A stretch of DNA of 64,000 nucleotides. Source: an uncultured Eubacteriales bacterium (GTDB taxonomy: Bacteria; Bacillota; Clostridia; Oscillospirales; CAG-272). The notes under the pieces were generated by a model. That model was not told the DNA's origin, did no database searches, and saw only the letters and a list, made by a program, of their open reading frames with translations. Positions 44,581 to 54,479 of this stretch are shown piece by piece (the first letter of the stretch is position 1; each line of letters opens with the position of its first letter). Position numbers and translations under genes: made by a program. The stretch lies in assembly GCA_910586545.1 (NCBI GenBank), contig CAJUIQ010000001.1, positions 156,157-220,156 of the forward strand, given 5' to 3'.

Positions 44581-45540
44581 TCATTGATACTTTTGTGCTG
44601 TAAGATGCAGCCTGCCCCGTGTGGTAGGCCGCCCGATTTCATCGATCCTGAATTTTCCGTATCCACGTACGGATATAATATCTCCCGGCTCCATGCGCCG
44701 ATCTGTTTCTTCTATAAGGTCGTAATTGATTTCTACCATTCCGCGCTGAATCAGATTAGCCGCGTCTTCCCGGGACACATTGCATAGGATACGTATGACA
44801 CCGTCCGCTCGGGGGGATGCTACTGTTCCGTGAATGGATGTATATTGCTGCCGGGGTACAAAGCCAGCCGGCAAGCGGCAGGGGACGGCGTGCACCGCGT
44901 CCCGGCCCGCTTTTTTTAGCTCACTGATAAGATAGGAAGCTCCCCTGGTCTGACAGAACACCACAGCGTGAAAGTCGTCCCATATTACAATGTCGCCCAG
45001 AATTTCCCGTTTTATGCCAAGAGACATCAGGGAACCCAGCCAGTCGCGGTGGGAGAGGGCGCGAAATCCGCTCCCTTTCAGGAGCAAGGGATGCACAAAT
45101 GCGGACAGCAGGCCCTCCTCCTGGATTTCCTCCAGTTTTTCCGGCAGGAATTCATATGGATCCCCGCAGCAGTGTTCTATCGATTCTTCCATACCGGCTA
45201 CGGTTAAGAGATGCAGAAAATACGATTCTCTGTCCTGTGTAAAAAGCTGCGCTGGAGAGGCAGGCGGGGCGTCTTCTGCAAAGGACAAAATCCATGTTGG
45301 CAGGTAAACCGCCATACGTCGGGACGCTCCAAGGCAGCCGCCCCAGAAAAAGAGCTGATCGGCACGTTTTTCCCGCAGTGCGCTGTCAAATAAAATCCGC
45401 TGTTGCCGGGGGGATAAAAAAGATGATGCGACCGCAGAATGTTCCGCCCGTGCGGAAAGTTCCGCACCTCTGGCAATCAGCAGCCGCTCTTCTTCAGTAA
45501 TCCGGACGCCGCCGGGTGAGGGAGAATTTTCAGTCATCAT
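44581..45540 (-). CDS. ylmH: YlmH-family S4-domain RNA-binding protein
   Basis: C-terminal S4 domain (..ANLIQRGMVEINYDLI..) and conserved position between sepF and divIVA. Confidence 0.75.
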   Translation of the reverse strand: MMTENSPSPGGVRITEEERLLIARGAELSARAEHSAVASSFLSPRQQRILFDSALREKRADQLFFWGGCLGASRRMAVYLPTWILSFAEDAPPASPAQLFTQDRESYFLHLLTVAGMEESIEHCCGDPYEFLPEKLEEIQEEGLLSAFVHPLLLKGSGFRALSHRDWLGSLMSLGIKREILGDIVIWDDFHAVVFCQTRGASYLISELKKAGRDAVHAVPCRLPAGFVPRQQYTSIHGTVASPRADGVIRILCNVSREDAANLIQRGMVEINYDLIEETDRRMEPGDIISVRGYGKFRIDEIGRPTTRGRLHLTAQKYQ

Positions 45541-45639
45541 AGGGCCGCCTTGCCGTTGTATTTTTCCCTTACAGAACAAGCGCCGTCTCCCGTGCGGAAA
45601 AGTCCAGCGCGAGAGGCGGCAGCCGCTTCTGTATCTAGA

Positions 45640-46182
45640 TTAATATTCACCAAACTCGTCGGAGGTATTTTCCTGGGGTGCGCTCTGTGTCTGCGCGCCT
45701 CTTCTTGTAAGCTTCGCGTCTCCCACGTCTACGTTATTGGGTGTGATTACATATGCGTTTGTAGCAATTTTTTTCAGGGACCCGTCGATGGAATAGGCTA
45801 CGCCAGACAAAAAGTCGATAAGACGGCGGGCGGTTTCCTTGTTGGTGCTTTCTAAGTTTAAAACGACGGTTCTTCTGGAAAGCAGATGGTCTGCAATCTG
45901 CGCCACACTGTCAAAGGATTCCGGTTTGACAACCTTCATTTCCAGCGCGCTTCCACCATTGCCGGACAAACTGATACCGCCGCCCATACTCATGCCGCTG
46001 AGTCCTGTGCCGGCTCCTGTACTCACAGAAGCGCTGCCCATAGTGTCTGCGGGAGCGGTCATTTCTTCCGGCTCTTCATAGGAGCCGAAGCTTTCAGAGT
46101 AGTATCCATCGTCATTATAAGCGTCATCGTAAGCGTCTTCAGCGCCACCCATTCTTTTTTTAATATTGTCAACGATGCCCAT
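45640..46182 (-). CDS. sepF: cell division protein SepF
   Basis: N-terminal amphipathic MGIVDNIKKRMG, C-terminal ..VVKPESFDSVAQIADHL..VVLNLE...DFLSG. Confidence 0.88.
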   Translation of the reverse strand: MGIVDNIKKRMGGAEDAYDDAYNDDGYYSESFGSYEEPEEMTAPADTMGSASVSTGAGTGLSGMSMGGGISLSGNGGSALEMKVVKPESFDSVAQIADHLLSRRTVVLNLESTNKETARRLIDFLSGVAYSIDGSLKKIATNAYVITPNNVDVGDAKLTRRGAQTQSAPQENTSDEFGEY

Positions 46183-46227
46183 AAATTAACCTCCGGTTTT
46201 ATTTCTATTTCTATGTATTTAGCTGTG

Positions 46228-46950
46228 TTATAGGTAAATCCGCGGCCCGAATATGGCACTTCCAATGCGGACCATTGTTGCGCCCGCCTCTATGGCAGCT
46301 TCAAAACTGTCACTCATACCCATAGATAATACAGACTCTATTATATTATGCGTTTTTTTTCCGAAAATGTCAAGGTGCATTTCATATGTTTTACAAAAAT
46401 ATTTGTAATATTCGTCTTTTTTGTTGCAAATTGGCGCCATGGTCATAAGTCCCCGCAGACGGATTCCGGGGATTTCCTCCAGAGCGGCTGTAAACGCCTC
46501 TGCTTCTTCCGGCAAAATTCCCGTTTTATTTTCTTCTCGGCCAATATTGATTTCCGCCAAAATATCTGTTACAATGCCGGCCGCTTGGCTGCGCTTTCCA
46601 ATTTCAGCGGCTAAACGCAGGGAATCCACGGATTCGATCATATCCGCTTTTCCAACAATCTGCCGTACCTTGTTTGTCTGTAGGTGGCCGAGTATATGTA
46701 ACGGTGCCTGGCCTTTCAGCATGTCGTATTTTGAAAGAAATTCCTGTACCTTGTTTTCTCCTACGGCAGATAGACCCAGTTCATGAATGGCAAAAAGAAT
46801 TTCCTCTGGATCTACTGTTTTAGTAGCGGCCAGTAAGGTTACGTCACCCTTTATGGAAGGGTCCCGCCGCAGCTTTGCGTTTTCTATTTTTTCTGTGATC
46901 CGTTTATAATTTTCCGATATTATATATTTTCTTTCCTGGGTCATGTCCAT
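46228..46950 (-). CDS. ylmE: YggS/YlmE-family PLP-binding protein
   Basis: ..LLAATKT.. with the PLP Lys, GENKVQE, HxIGxLQxNK-type block (HILGHLQTNK), and MGMS. Confidence 0.85.
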   Translation of the reverse strand: MDMTQERKYIISENYKRITEKIENAKLRRDPSIKGDVTLLAATKTVDPEEILFAIHELGLSAVGENKVQEFLSKYDMLKGQAPLHILGHLQTNKVRQIVGKADMIESVDSLRLAAEIGKRSQAAGIVTDILAEINIGREENKTGILPEEAEAFTAALEEIPGIRLRGLMTMAPICNKKDEYYKYFCKTYEMHLDIFGKKTHNIIESVLSMGMSDSFEAAIEAGATMVRIGSAIFGPRIYL

Positions 46951-46970
46951 ACTCCTTTTCTTTTATTTCC

Positions 46971-48233
46971 TCAGCCGCTGAGCACCTTTCCGTGGTACAG
47001 CGCCCGGCCTTCTATGATTAGATTTTCATGCAGAGTAAGCCACTCATACCCTTCAGGCGGGTCCGCATCCGGATTTGTTTCCACAATATAGTATCCGTCG
47101 GTGACTACCAGACTGGATATTGGCCGAAATGCCACGGTAGAGCCGTCCAGAACATATACGCCGGTAATTCCGTCGACAACCCGCACTGCGGAAACCGGAA
47201 TTTGAAAGCCGGTATATTCCGCGGTAGGGAAACGGACTGTCTGCGTTCGGGAAAAATCAAAACCGCTTGGCATTTCTCTGGTAGTTAGAATGATGGCGAA
47301 TCGCTCGTCTCCTTCTAAAATTTTGTAGACTTCCATGTCCAGGCGATATTCTTCACCGGCTCTGAAATAGACGGTGCAACTTTTGGTATTTTCATAGACG
47401 TCCAGATATTCCCGCTCTAAGGTGCATACCAGAAACCATGCGCTGTCGGTAACGATTTTGCCGGCAGCTTTGCTATCCGATACAGGGGCGGAACGCAGCT
47501 TGTCCATCAACCCTCGGTAGGTCAGCGCGTCATCTGTTAGAAAATCTGCTGTAAATACAGATTCATATCCGTCGCAGGACGCGTAATAATATCCACTGAC
47601 GGGGGTAGCGACTGCTTCTAAGCAAGAGCCGAGGCCTGATACAAGAGAATCCCGCTCCGCCTGCAGAGCGGCGATTTCACTGCCGAATTCCGTACCTATC
47701 CCCGAAAGAATCATCCGCTTGTTTACTGCCTCTAAAAAGGCAGCCCGCTGCATGCCGACGTCGGTTGTTTTGCCGCTGTCTCCGGCCGCACGAATTTGTG
47801 AAAGAATGGCGACAATTTCCGCGTCAATGGTTTGAGAGTTTTTTAAGTTTTTTACATCCCCGCTGACGCATTCCTGCAGCAGCGCAATCTTTTGATCAAT
47901 TTCTGCTACCTTAGCGCGTATGTCCATACTGCTGCCCGTATACAGACGGGCGGCTTGCGCGCCTTTTGCAAGTCGTTTGCCGTCGCTTACCATGGGAAAC
48001 AAAGTATTGTTTTCCGCATCGCCTGCCGTGGAAAACAGGAGGGTTTGTTCTTTCCGGAAGATATATCCTTCTGTTTCCGTTGTTTTTTCAATCGTAGTTT
48101 CTGAAACGGGCTGGATTTTCACTTCTCTGGTAAAAGTTCTCCATAAGTGAAAACCCAGATAAAATACGAGACAGACGGACAATATGGCTCCTGCAATGTA
48201 CAAGCCTACCCGTTTTAAATACGCTGTATCCAT
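46971..48233 (-). CDS. HlyD/membrane-fusion-like protein with N-terminal TM anchor
   Basis: One TM helix, coiled-coil middle, beta-rich ends (..ETEGYIFRKE.. / ..GITGVYVLDG..). Confidence 0.55.
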   Translation of the reverse strand: MDTAYLKRVGLYIAGAILSVCLVFYLGFHLWRTFTREVKIQPVSETTIEKTTETEGYIFRKEQTLLFSTAGDAENNTLFPMVSDGKRLAKGAQAARLYTGSSMDIRAKVAEIDQKIALLQECVSGDVKNLKNSQTIDAEIVAILSQIRAAGDSGKTTDVGMQRAAFLEAVNKRMILSGIGTEFGSEIAALQAERDSLVSGLGSCLEAVATPVSGYYYASCDGYESVFTADFLTDDALTYRGLMDKLRSAPVSDSKAAGKIVTDSAWFLVCTLEREYLDVYENTKSCTVYFRAGEEYRLDMEVYKILEGDERFAIILTTREMPSGFDFSRTQTVRFPTAEYTGFQIPVSAVRVVDGITGVYVLDGSTVAFRPISSLVVTDGYYIVETNPDADPPEGYEWLTLHENLIIEGRALYHGKVLSG

Positions 48234-48260
48234 AAAAGTATCCCCCTTCCCGTATCTGAT

Positions 48261-50555
48261 TTATTTTTGTGTCTCCAGGCGGATCACCTGATCCGAGCCG
48301 CATTCCGGCAACGCCCGCACGATTTCGCTCTCCAGTTTTCTACAGGAGAACAGAAGGGATTGATTCCCCTTTTCTCCGGCGGCAGAGAGCATTGTTAAAA
48401 TTTTAGCAAGCCTGTCCGCATCGATTCCGGAAAAACTTTCGTCGAATACTGCCGGAGGCGGATCCCCCGGGAAAAGTACGTTTAGCAAAGCGTACCGGAG
48501 ACTGATATATGCAGCGTCCTGCGTCCCTTTGGAGAGATAATCTATCTCCCTGATTTTATCCTGCGTAATCAAATGCATGGAAAAGTCTTTAGTAATGCCT
48601 ACAGTGGGATATTTCCCGCCGGAGAACATTCCCAGTAAAAGCCCCGCTTCGCTGATAATTCGGGGAAGTATTCCCTGGCGCAAATTGTTGCCTGCGGCCT
48701 CTAATGTCTCCATAGCGGTGGTAATACCGCCGTAACGTTTCTCCAAAAGCGATAGTTCTTGCCGCAGCGCGTTTGTTTTTTCAGCAAGCTCAGCAGGGGA
48801 GACGAATACCGCCCGCATGGCGCTGAGCCTTTTTTCCATTTCCATGTGGCGGGTTTGCTGCGCTTCGGCGGAGCTGCGGCAGAAGTCCGCGTTACTGCGG
48901 GCCTTGTCCGCTTCTTGCCGCGTATATCCGGCGGCAATTTGTCCGGCTTCTGTGGACAGAACTTCTGTCACTTCGCCTATAATTTGGGCTTGCACTGCAG
49001 GATCCAACACGTCGGCAAAGGTGGACAGACGGCCTGCGGCAGTGTGGTATTCTTCCTGTAGACTGGTTTGCTGATCTAGCAGTTTTTTTGCTGCAGCAAG
49101 AGCCCCCTCCGTCATAATATCCGTATCGGGTACTTCCTCAGTGAACTGGGCGGCACAGGCGCGCAGAGTCTGGGTGTCTTCTTTTAGACCGGTTTCTTTT
49201 TCGCCAATTTCTGTTTCCAAAATGCTATATTCCGAATCAGGGGCTATCCGCTGTCTGGAAAGGTGGATCCGTTCTTCAATCACGTCCCCCAGGGCATCCG
49301 TATCGGATACGCCCCATTCCTGCAATATATTATGATATTTTTCAAGACGGGAGAGGCTGCGAACAAAGGCAATGACGCCGCCGACCGCTGCAATCCCGGC
49401 AAAACCAACTGCTCCTACGGCAAGATATGCATCTATGGTACGCAGGAAGAAGGCGGCGCAGCCGCTGATAGCTGCCAGAACAAACAGAATCAGCGAAACG
49501 GTAAAAGCGCTTTTTCTTCCCCTATACGCCGCCGCTGCTTCTTGTTTCTTGCTTCTTGCGGCTTCTTCTTCCTCCAGCGTCATTTCAGGAGGCAGGGTGT
49601 CGTCAATGGCAGCTAGAGAGCGGCGCATGGTGCGCAGTTGATTTTCCCATCCCCGCCGGCCGTCGGACAGCCGTTCCATCAATTGCATTTTTTCTCGAAT
49701 GTCTCCGTAAGAGGAGAAGGCGCTCAACCGAGTTTCCAGCTCTGCCACTTCTGCTTGACAGGCAAGAGCGGCGTCCAGCCGCGCTTTTCGCTGCAGTTTG
49801 TCGTAAGCCTGTGCATAGGAGGCCAGTCGGCTGCCCTCCCTTTTGCGGTTTTCCATCAGTGCCGCGCTATCGGCAAGGGCGCTTTCTAAGGCGATAATTT
49901 CAGCGCTTTTTTTAGATTCTTCCTCCCGCATTCCCTCCAGACGGCGCAGCTCCTGGCGCAGCATATAAATTTGCCCGCCAGCGCCGTTTTTGTGCAGCAG
50001 TGCTTTTCGTTCCTTATCTAATATAGCAGCAGCTTTTCGGGAGTTGACTCCTTCGTCTCCGGAAAGAAGAATATTTTCAATAGCTTCTGTCATACCGGTG
50101 CCGTCAATATGGTTGTCTGCAAGCTGCCGCACGAATACGGAGTTGCAGAACATCTGCTCTGTCATGCCCAGCAGAGACTCTCCGGGAGTCTCCCCCCGGC
50201 AGCAGCGTTCGCCGGATGGATCCGTTACCACCAGCCTATCATGCAGATTGCCCCGATCCAGCTCTCCAACAGGCACATACAGCTCCCGTTCGATCCGGTA
50301 GTCCCCTTTCTTGGTAGAAAGGATCATAGTACCGGCGGCGTATCCTGTGTCCCAGTTGGCATATTTTTTTCTTTCCGGCAGTTCACCGCCTTTTCCTTTG
50401 CCAGACAATCCATACAGCATGAATTTGATGAACATGGCAATAGAGCTTTTACCGGATTCGTTGGCGCCTTCAAAGACATTCAGTCCGGGCGCTAGCGCAA
50501 TATCCTTGTCCTTCAGGGGACCGAAGGAGGTTATATGAATGGATTTTATATACAT
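48261..50555 (-). CDS. YhaN/SbcC-like AAA ATPase with central TM hairpin
   Basis: Walker A GANESGKSS, long coiled coils, central hydrophobic segment (aa ~351-398), and C-terminal signature/Walker B region. Confidence 0.8.
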   Translation of the reverse strand: MYIKSIHITSFGPLKDKDIALAPGLNVFEGANESGKSSIAMFIKFMLYGLSGKGKGGELPERKKYANWDTGYAAGTMILSTKKGDYRIERELYVPVGELDRGNLHDRLVVTDPSGERCCRGETPGESLLGMTEQMFCNSVFVRQLADNHIDGTGMTEAIENILLSGDEGVNSRKAAAILDKERKALLHKNGAGGQIYMLRQELRRLEGMREEESKKSAEIIALESALADSAALMENRKREGSRLASYAQAYDKLQRKARLDAALACQAEVAELETRLSAFSSYGDIREKMQLMERLSDGRRGWENQLRTMRRSLAAIDDTLPPEMTLEEEEAARSKKQEAAAAYRGRKSAFTVSLILFVLAAISGCAAFFLRTIDAYLAVGAVGFAGIAAVGGVIAFVRSLSRLEKYHNILQEWGVSDTDALGDVIEERIHLSRQRIAPDSEYSILETEIGEKETGLKEDTQTLRACAAQFTEEVPDTDIMTEGALAAAKKLLDQQTSLQEEYHTAAGRLSTFADVLDPAVQAQIIGEVTEVLSTEAGQIAAGYTRQEADKARSNADFCRSSAEAQQTRHMEMEKRLSAMRAVFVSPAELAEKTNALRQELSLLEKRYGGITTAMETLEAAGNNLRQGILPRIISEAGLLLGMFSGGKYPTVGITKDFSMHLITQDKIREIDYLSKGTQDAAYISLRYALLNVLFPGDPPPAVFDESFSGIDADRLAKILTMLSAAGEKGNQSLLFSCRKLESEIVRALPECGSDQVIRLETQK

Positions 50556-50579
50556 AACATTATTTGCCTTTCTGGCCTG

Positions 50580-51704
50580 TTACAGAGTGGGAAGTTCTTC
50601 CCCGGACAGCGCTGCCATTGCATACCGTAGCGCATTGCGGCCTGTTTCCCGCACTGTCGGATCCGCGTCTTCCAATTTTGGCAGCAGCAGTCGATACACT
50701 TCTCCTCGGATTCCCTGGTCATTTTGCAAAAATTGGGCGTTCCATGTAGGCATAGTGGCGTCTCGAATCTCCAAAGCCGCCAAATTTGTTTCCATTGCTG
50801 CCAGAGCGGCTGTATCTATAGACAAGCCGGGGTCAATGCTTCCTGTTAAAGTGACTCGGAGCAGAACATCCGCACCAAATCCCGTTTCCTGGAGCATGGC
50901 GCACAGGGCAGATTCCACGTCTGCCTGTTCTGCCGTGCCATCCAACTGCAGGGTGCGATGCTCGTAAACTTTACGGCAAAAACGGATCCGCTTCCAATCC
51001 AGCGCAGCGTCGTTCCCTTCTTTTTCCAAAGTGACCAGGACAGCGCCTTTCACTCCGGTTTCTCCAAAGTCTCGGCCTTCCGGACAGCCGCAATATGCTC
51101 CCGGTACGGTCAGCGCGGCGGTGGCATTTTCCGGATTGTGAAAGTGCCCCAGGGCGCAGTAGTCCGCGCCGAAGGTCTCCAGCACGCCGGCGGGCAAGGG
51201 CCCATATGTGCTAATGGGGGAGGTAGCGTCTCCGTGCGCACACAGAATGTTGATTTTTGCAGGATCCTTTACGGTCTTTCCTTCTAAAGGACATGTGTGC
51301 AGAGAAGCGTTTTGAAATGCGTACCCATATACACAGCAGTGTAACGTATCAAAGGAAAAGCAAGAAAGTTCCGTTGTGGTAAATACATGAACATTGTCCG
51401 GAAAGATTTTTTTGTTCCAGATACTTTTATCGTCTGCCGGATCGTGGTTTCCCGGAGCGATAACCACCGGACAATGTAGCGATGCAAATTCCCTGCACAG
51501 CAGCGCGATGGTGTCTCGAGTTACATAAATTTTATCGAACAAGTCTCCGGCGATCAGTACAAGGTCTACGGCTTGCTGCCGGGCAAAGGCGATCATATCG
51601 GAGAAAGCGGCTCGCAGATCGCTGCGCCGCTGTCGGGCGGCGTCTGGTGAGAGTCCTGCAAAGGGGCTGTCCAGATGGATATCGCCGGTATGGAGTATTT
51701 TCAT
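50580..51704 (-). CDS. YhaO/SbcD-like metallophosphoesterase exonuclease
   Basis: MKILHTGDIHLD, AGDLFD, GNHD, and GH..H motifs. Start at the ATG after AAGGGAG. Confidence 0.85.
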   Translation of the reverse strand: MKILHTGDIHLDSPFAGLSPDAARQRRSDLRAAFSDMIAFARQQAVDLVLIAGDLFDKIYVTRDTIALLCREFASLHCPVVIAPGNHDPADDKSIWNKKIFPDNVHVFTTTELSCFSFDTLHCCVYGYAFQNASLHTCPLEGKTVKDPAKINILCAHGDATSPISTYGPLPAGVLETFGADYCALGHFHNPENATAALTVPGAYCGCPEGRDFGETGVKGAVLVTLEKEGNDAALDWKRIRFCRKVYEHRTLQLDGTAEQADVESALCAMLQETGFGADVLLRVTLTGSIDPGLSIDTAALAAMETNLAALEIRDATMPTWNAQFLQNDQGIRGEVYRLLLPKLEDADPTVRETGRNALRYAMAALSGEELPTL

Positions 51705-51792
51705 GGGATGCGCTCCCTTTCTGCTTGAAGAAATAATTAGTATAAGTATACCACGCTGTGCTGCGCTTTGCAACGGACAAACTGTGAATTTC

Positions 51793-52278
51793 TTAATCCC
51801 GTTTTGATTCGCACAGAGCGCCTTCCAGTTTTAGCAGCCAAAGCTTAATAGGCGTGCCCTGCGGCCCGCCGTAGCCGCCTAGCCCTGCTGCGCTCACCAC
51901 ACGGTGACAGGGGATAAGCAGCCATAGCGGATTGCCTCGAAGAGCGGTTCCTACTGCCCTAGCCGCCTTAGGATGTCCCGCTAATGCGGCTAGGTCTCCA
52001 TAGGTTACCGTAGTGCCGTAGGGAATCTGCAGCAGTGCGGTCCACACCTTTTTCTGAAAGTCTGTCCCCTGCATCTTCAGCGGCAAATCAAAGGCTTTTC
52101 TCTCGCCCGCAAAATATTCCCGCAGCTGCGCGGCGCAGCTGCGGCATAGAGCGTCCGGATTTTCCCCGTCGATTGGGTGGGGGGCATCCTTTTCCAGGTA
52201 TACTGCGCAAATTGCTTCTCCGTCGGACATAATCCATAGAGGCCCTATAGGGCATTCCTTATAAAAATATGTATACAT
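51793..52278 (-). CDS. ogt: methylated-DNA--protein-cysteine methyltransferase
   Basis: Active-site IPCHRVV motif. Confidence 0.88.
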   Translation of the reverse strand: MYTYFYKECPIGPLWIMSDGEAICAVYLEKDAPHPIDGENPDALCRSCAAQLREYFAGERKAFDLPLKMQGTDFQKKVWTALLQIPYGTTVTYGDLAALAGHPKAARAVGTALRGNPLWLLIPCHRVVSAAGLGGYGGPQGTPIKLWLLKLEGALCESKRD

Positions 52279-52291
52279 TTTTATCCTTCCT

Positions 52292-54094
52292 TTATAAAAA
52301 TAGACTTCCTATCTGATAGACCAGCGTGGACACAATCCATGCTGCACCAATTTGCAGCGCCGCTGCCCCCGCAGTCCACAGACGGCTTTTTGACTCGCAG
52401 CAGATTGTTGCCAGCGCGGCTGCGCAGGGAATATAAAGCAGTACAAACACCATCAGAGCGTATGCGTTTATCGGACCGAATCCGTAAGCTGCCCAAGCAG
52501 TCCGAAGCGCCCCCATTCCCGCGGCAGAAGAAATATTTGTGATACCAAGCAGTACTGCCAAAGAGGAAACCACCACTTCCTTTGCGGCGATTCCGGCAAT
52601 CAACGCCACGGCAATCTGCCACATCCCCAGCCCGCAAGGAGCCAGCAAGGGCGCAATTTTTTGTCCGATCCAAGCCGCAAAGCTGTCTTCCATAGAAGCG
52701 ACAAAGCCACCGGGTCCCACATGCAGTAAAATCCACAATAGAATAGACGCCAGAAAAATCGTGGTGCCTGCACGGGTGAGATAATCACGAATCTTCTCCC
52801 AAACGTACAAAATGACTGTGCGGGGGGCGGGAGCTTTGTAGTCGGGCAGCTCCAGTATAAGGGGCGCCTGCTTTTCTTTTTTGCCCAAATTTTTCGTACA
52901 CCAGGCCACAAGAGCGGCGGTAAGCAGGCCGATTCCGTACATGGACAAAGCCGCGAGAGAAGCGTATTTCCCGAAAAACGCGCCGGCAAGAAGTATGTAA
53001 ACCGGCAGTCGTGCGCTGCAGGACATAAAGGGGGTGATCAAAATTACCCGCAGCCGGTCCCGGCGTGTTTCCAGAGTACGGCTTGCCATAACGGCGGGTA
53101 CGGTACAGCCCATTCCAAGCAGCATAGGGAGAAAGGCTCTGCCGGATAGGCCCAGGGATCCCATAATTCCATCCATAATATATGCTACCCTGGCCATGTA
53201 CCCGCTGTCCTCCAGAAGGGACAGGGCAAAAAATAATAGGATGATATTGGGCAGAAAGGTAAGGATACCGCCTACGCCGGACAGGATCCCGTCTACGATC
53301 AGGGAGGTGAGCCAAGGGGCGGTATATAGGGCGTCCAGCCCCTGTCTGACAGCTGTATACAGCCGCTCCAACCCGGATTCCAAAGGGACTTTTGCTAAGT
53401 CCCCCAGCGAAAATGTCACAAGAAATACCGCGGCCATAATGATAAAAAAGATACAGGTTCCCCATAGAGAATGGAGCAGTACGGCGTCTGCCCGGTCGGT
53501 GAGGGCCGCGCGGCGGCAGCCTGTAAGACAGGTGTCTACAACGGACTCAATCCATGCAAACCGTTCCTGATCTGGGATATGAGAAAAGGAATAAGCTGGA
53601 TTTTGTCGGACTGCATCCGCACAAAGGGCCTTTTTCATTAACACAGATATGCCTTCCCGCCGGCGTGCACAGACGGGAATCACGGGAATTCCCAAAAGCT
53701 GCGACAGACGCTCCAAATTCAGCCGCTGTCCCCGTTTTTTTAGTATGTCCATCATATTGAGCGCCAGCACCACAGGACGTCCCGATTCTATTAGCTCTAG
53801 TGTTAGATACAGACTGCGGGAAAGACAGGAGGCGTCCGCTACGTTTATGACTACGTCTGCCGCTCCGGATAAAAGAAACTGGCGGGATACCCGCTCTTCT
53901 ATCGTATAGGTCGAAAGAGAATACATTCCCGGCAGATCCACCAGCGTATGCTCCCGGCCGTTACAAGTATATACGCCTTCCTTTTTTTCTACGGTCACAC
54001 CCGGCCAGTTTGCCACCTTCAGCGACGCGCCTGTGTATGCGTTGAACAGGGTTGTCTTGCCGCAGTTGGGATTGCCCGCAAACGCAATTGTCAT
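52292..54094 (-). CDS. feoB: ferrous iron transporter FeoB (short form, second copy)
   Basis: G domain GNPNCGKTTLFN, DLPG, NMMD, plus the membrane domain. Confidence 0.92.
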   Translation of the reverse strand: MTIAFAGNPNCGKTTLFNAYTGASLKVANWPGVTVEKKEGVYTCNGREHTLVDLPGMYSLSTYTIEERVSRQFLLSGAADVVINVADASCLSRSLYLTLELIESGRPVVLALNMMDILKKRGQRLNLERLSQLLGIPVIPVCARRREGISVLMKKALCADAVRQNPAYSFSHIPDQERFAWIESVVDTCLTGCRRAALTDRADAVLLHSLWGTCIFFIIMAAVFLVTFSLGDLAKVPLESGLERLYTAVRQGLDALYTAPWLTSLIVDGILSGVGGILTFLPNIILLFFALSLLEDSGYMARVAYIMDGIMGSLGLSGRAFLPMLLGMGCTVPAVMASRTLETRRDRLRVILITPFMSCSARLPVYILLAGAFFGKYASLAALSMYGIGLLTAALVAWCTKNLGKKEKQAPLILELPDYKAPAPRTVILYVWEKIRDYLTRAGTTIFLASILLWILLHVGPGGFVASMEDSFAAWIGQKIAPLLAPCGLGMWQIAVALIAGIAAKEVVVSSLAVLLGITNISSAAGMGALRTAWAAYGFGPINAYALMVFVLLYIPCAAALATICCESKSRLWTAGAAALQIGAAWIVSTLVYQIGSLFL

Positions 54095-54327
54095 ACGGCT
54101 TTTCCCCCGAAGATTCCCTTTGCAGCCCCTGCCCCCAAAGCATACCGCGCTCCCCGACAGCGTATTACCATAGTACCGCTCCGCTTTTTATAAAGAATAT
54201 GTATCTGGCATCCGGGGACAATTCCCAGCGCTTGCAGCCGGTGGCAAAGGCTCTCCTCCAGTCGAATCCGGGAGACAATAAAACGGTCTCCCACCTGACA
54301 GTCCGGCAGCTTCTCTGTTTGTGTCAT
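54091..54327 (-). CDS. feoA: FeoA domain protein
   Basis: 78 aa, ..GDRFIVSRI....HRLQALGIVPGCQI. Overlaps the feoB start by 4 nt. Confidence 0.82.
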   Translation of the reverse strand: MTQTEKLPDCQVGDRFIVSRIRLEESLCHRLQALGIVPGCQIHILYKKRSGTMVIRCRGARYALGAGAAKGIFGGKAV

Positions 54328-54479
54328 TGTTTCTACCCTCCATTATACCGGGCGCCCCATCCCTTGTCAACGCGGACGACGCCTGGTTTTTTCTATTGAT
54401 TCTGTAAGTGTTTGCGTGTATAATATATATGAGTGAGAGTAGCCAAAAAATATCCAGAACAGGAAAGCGTGAATATAAA

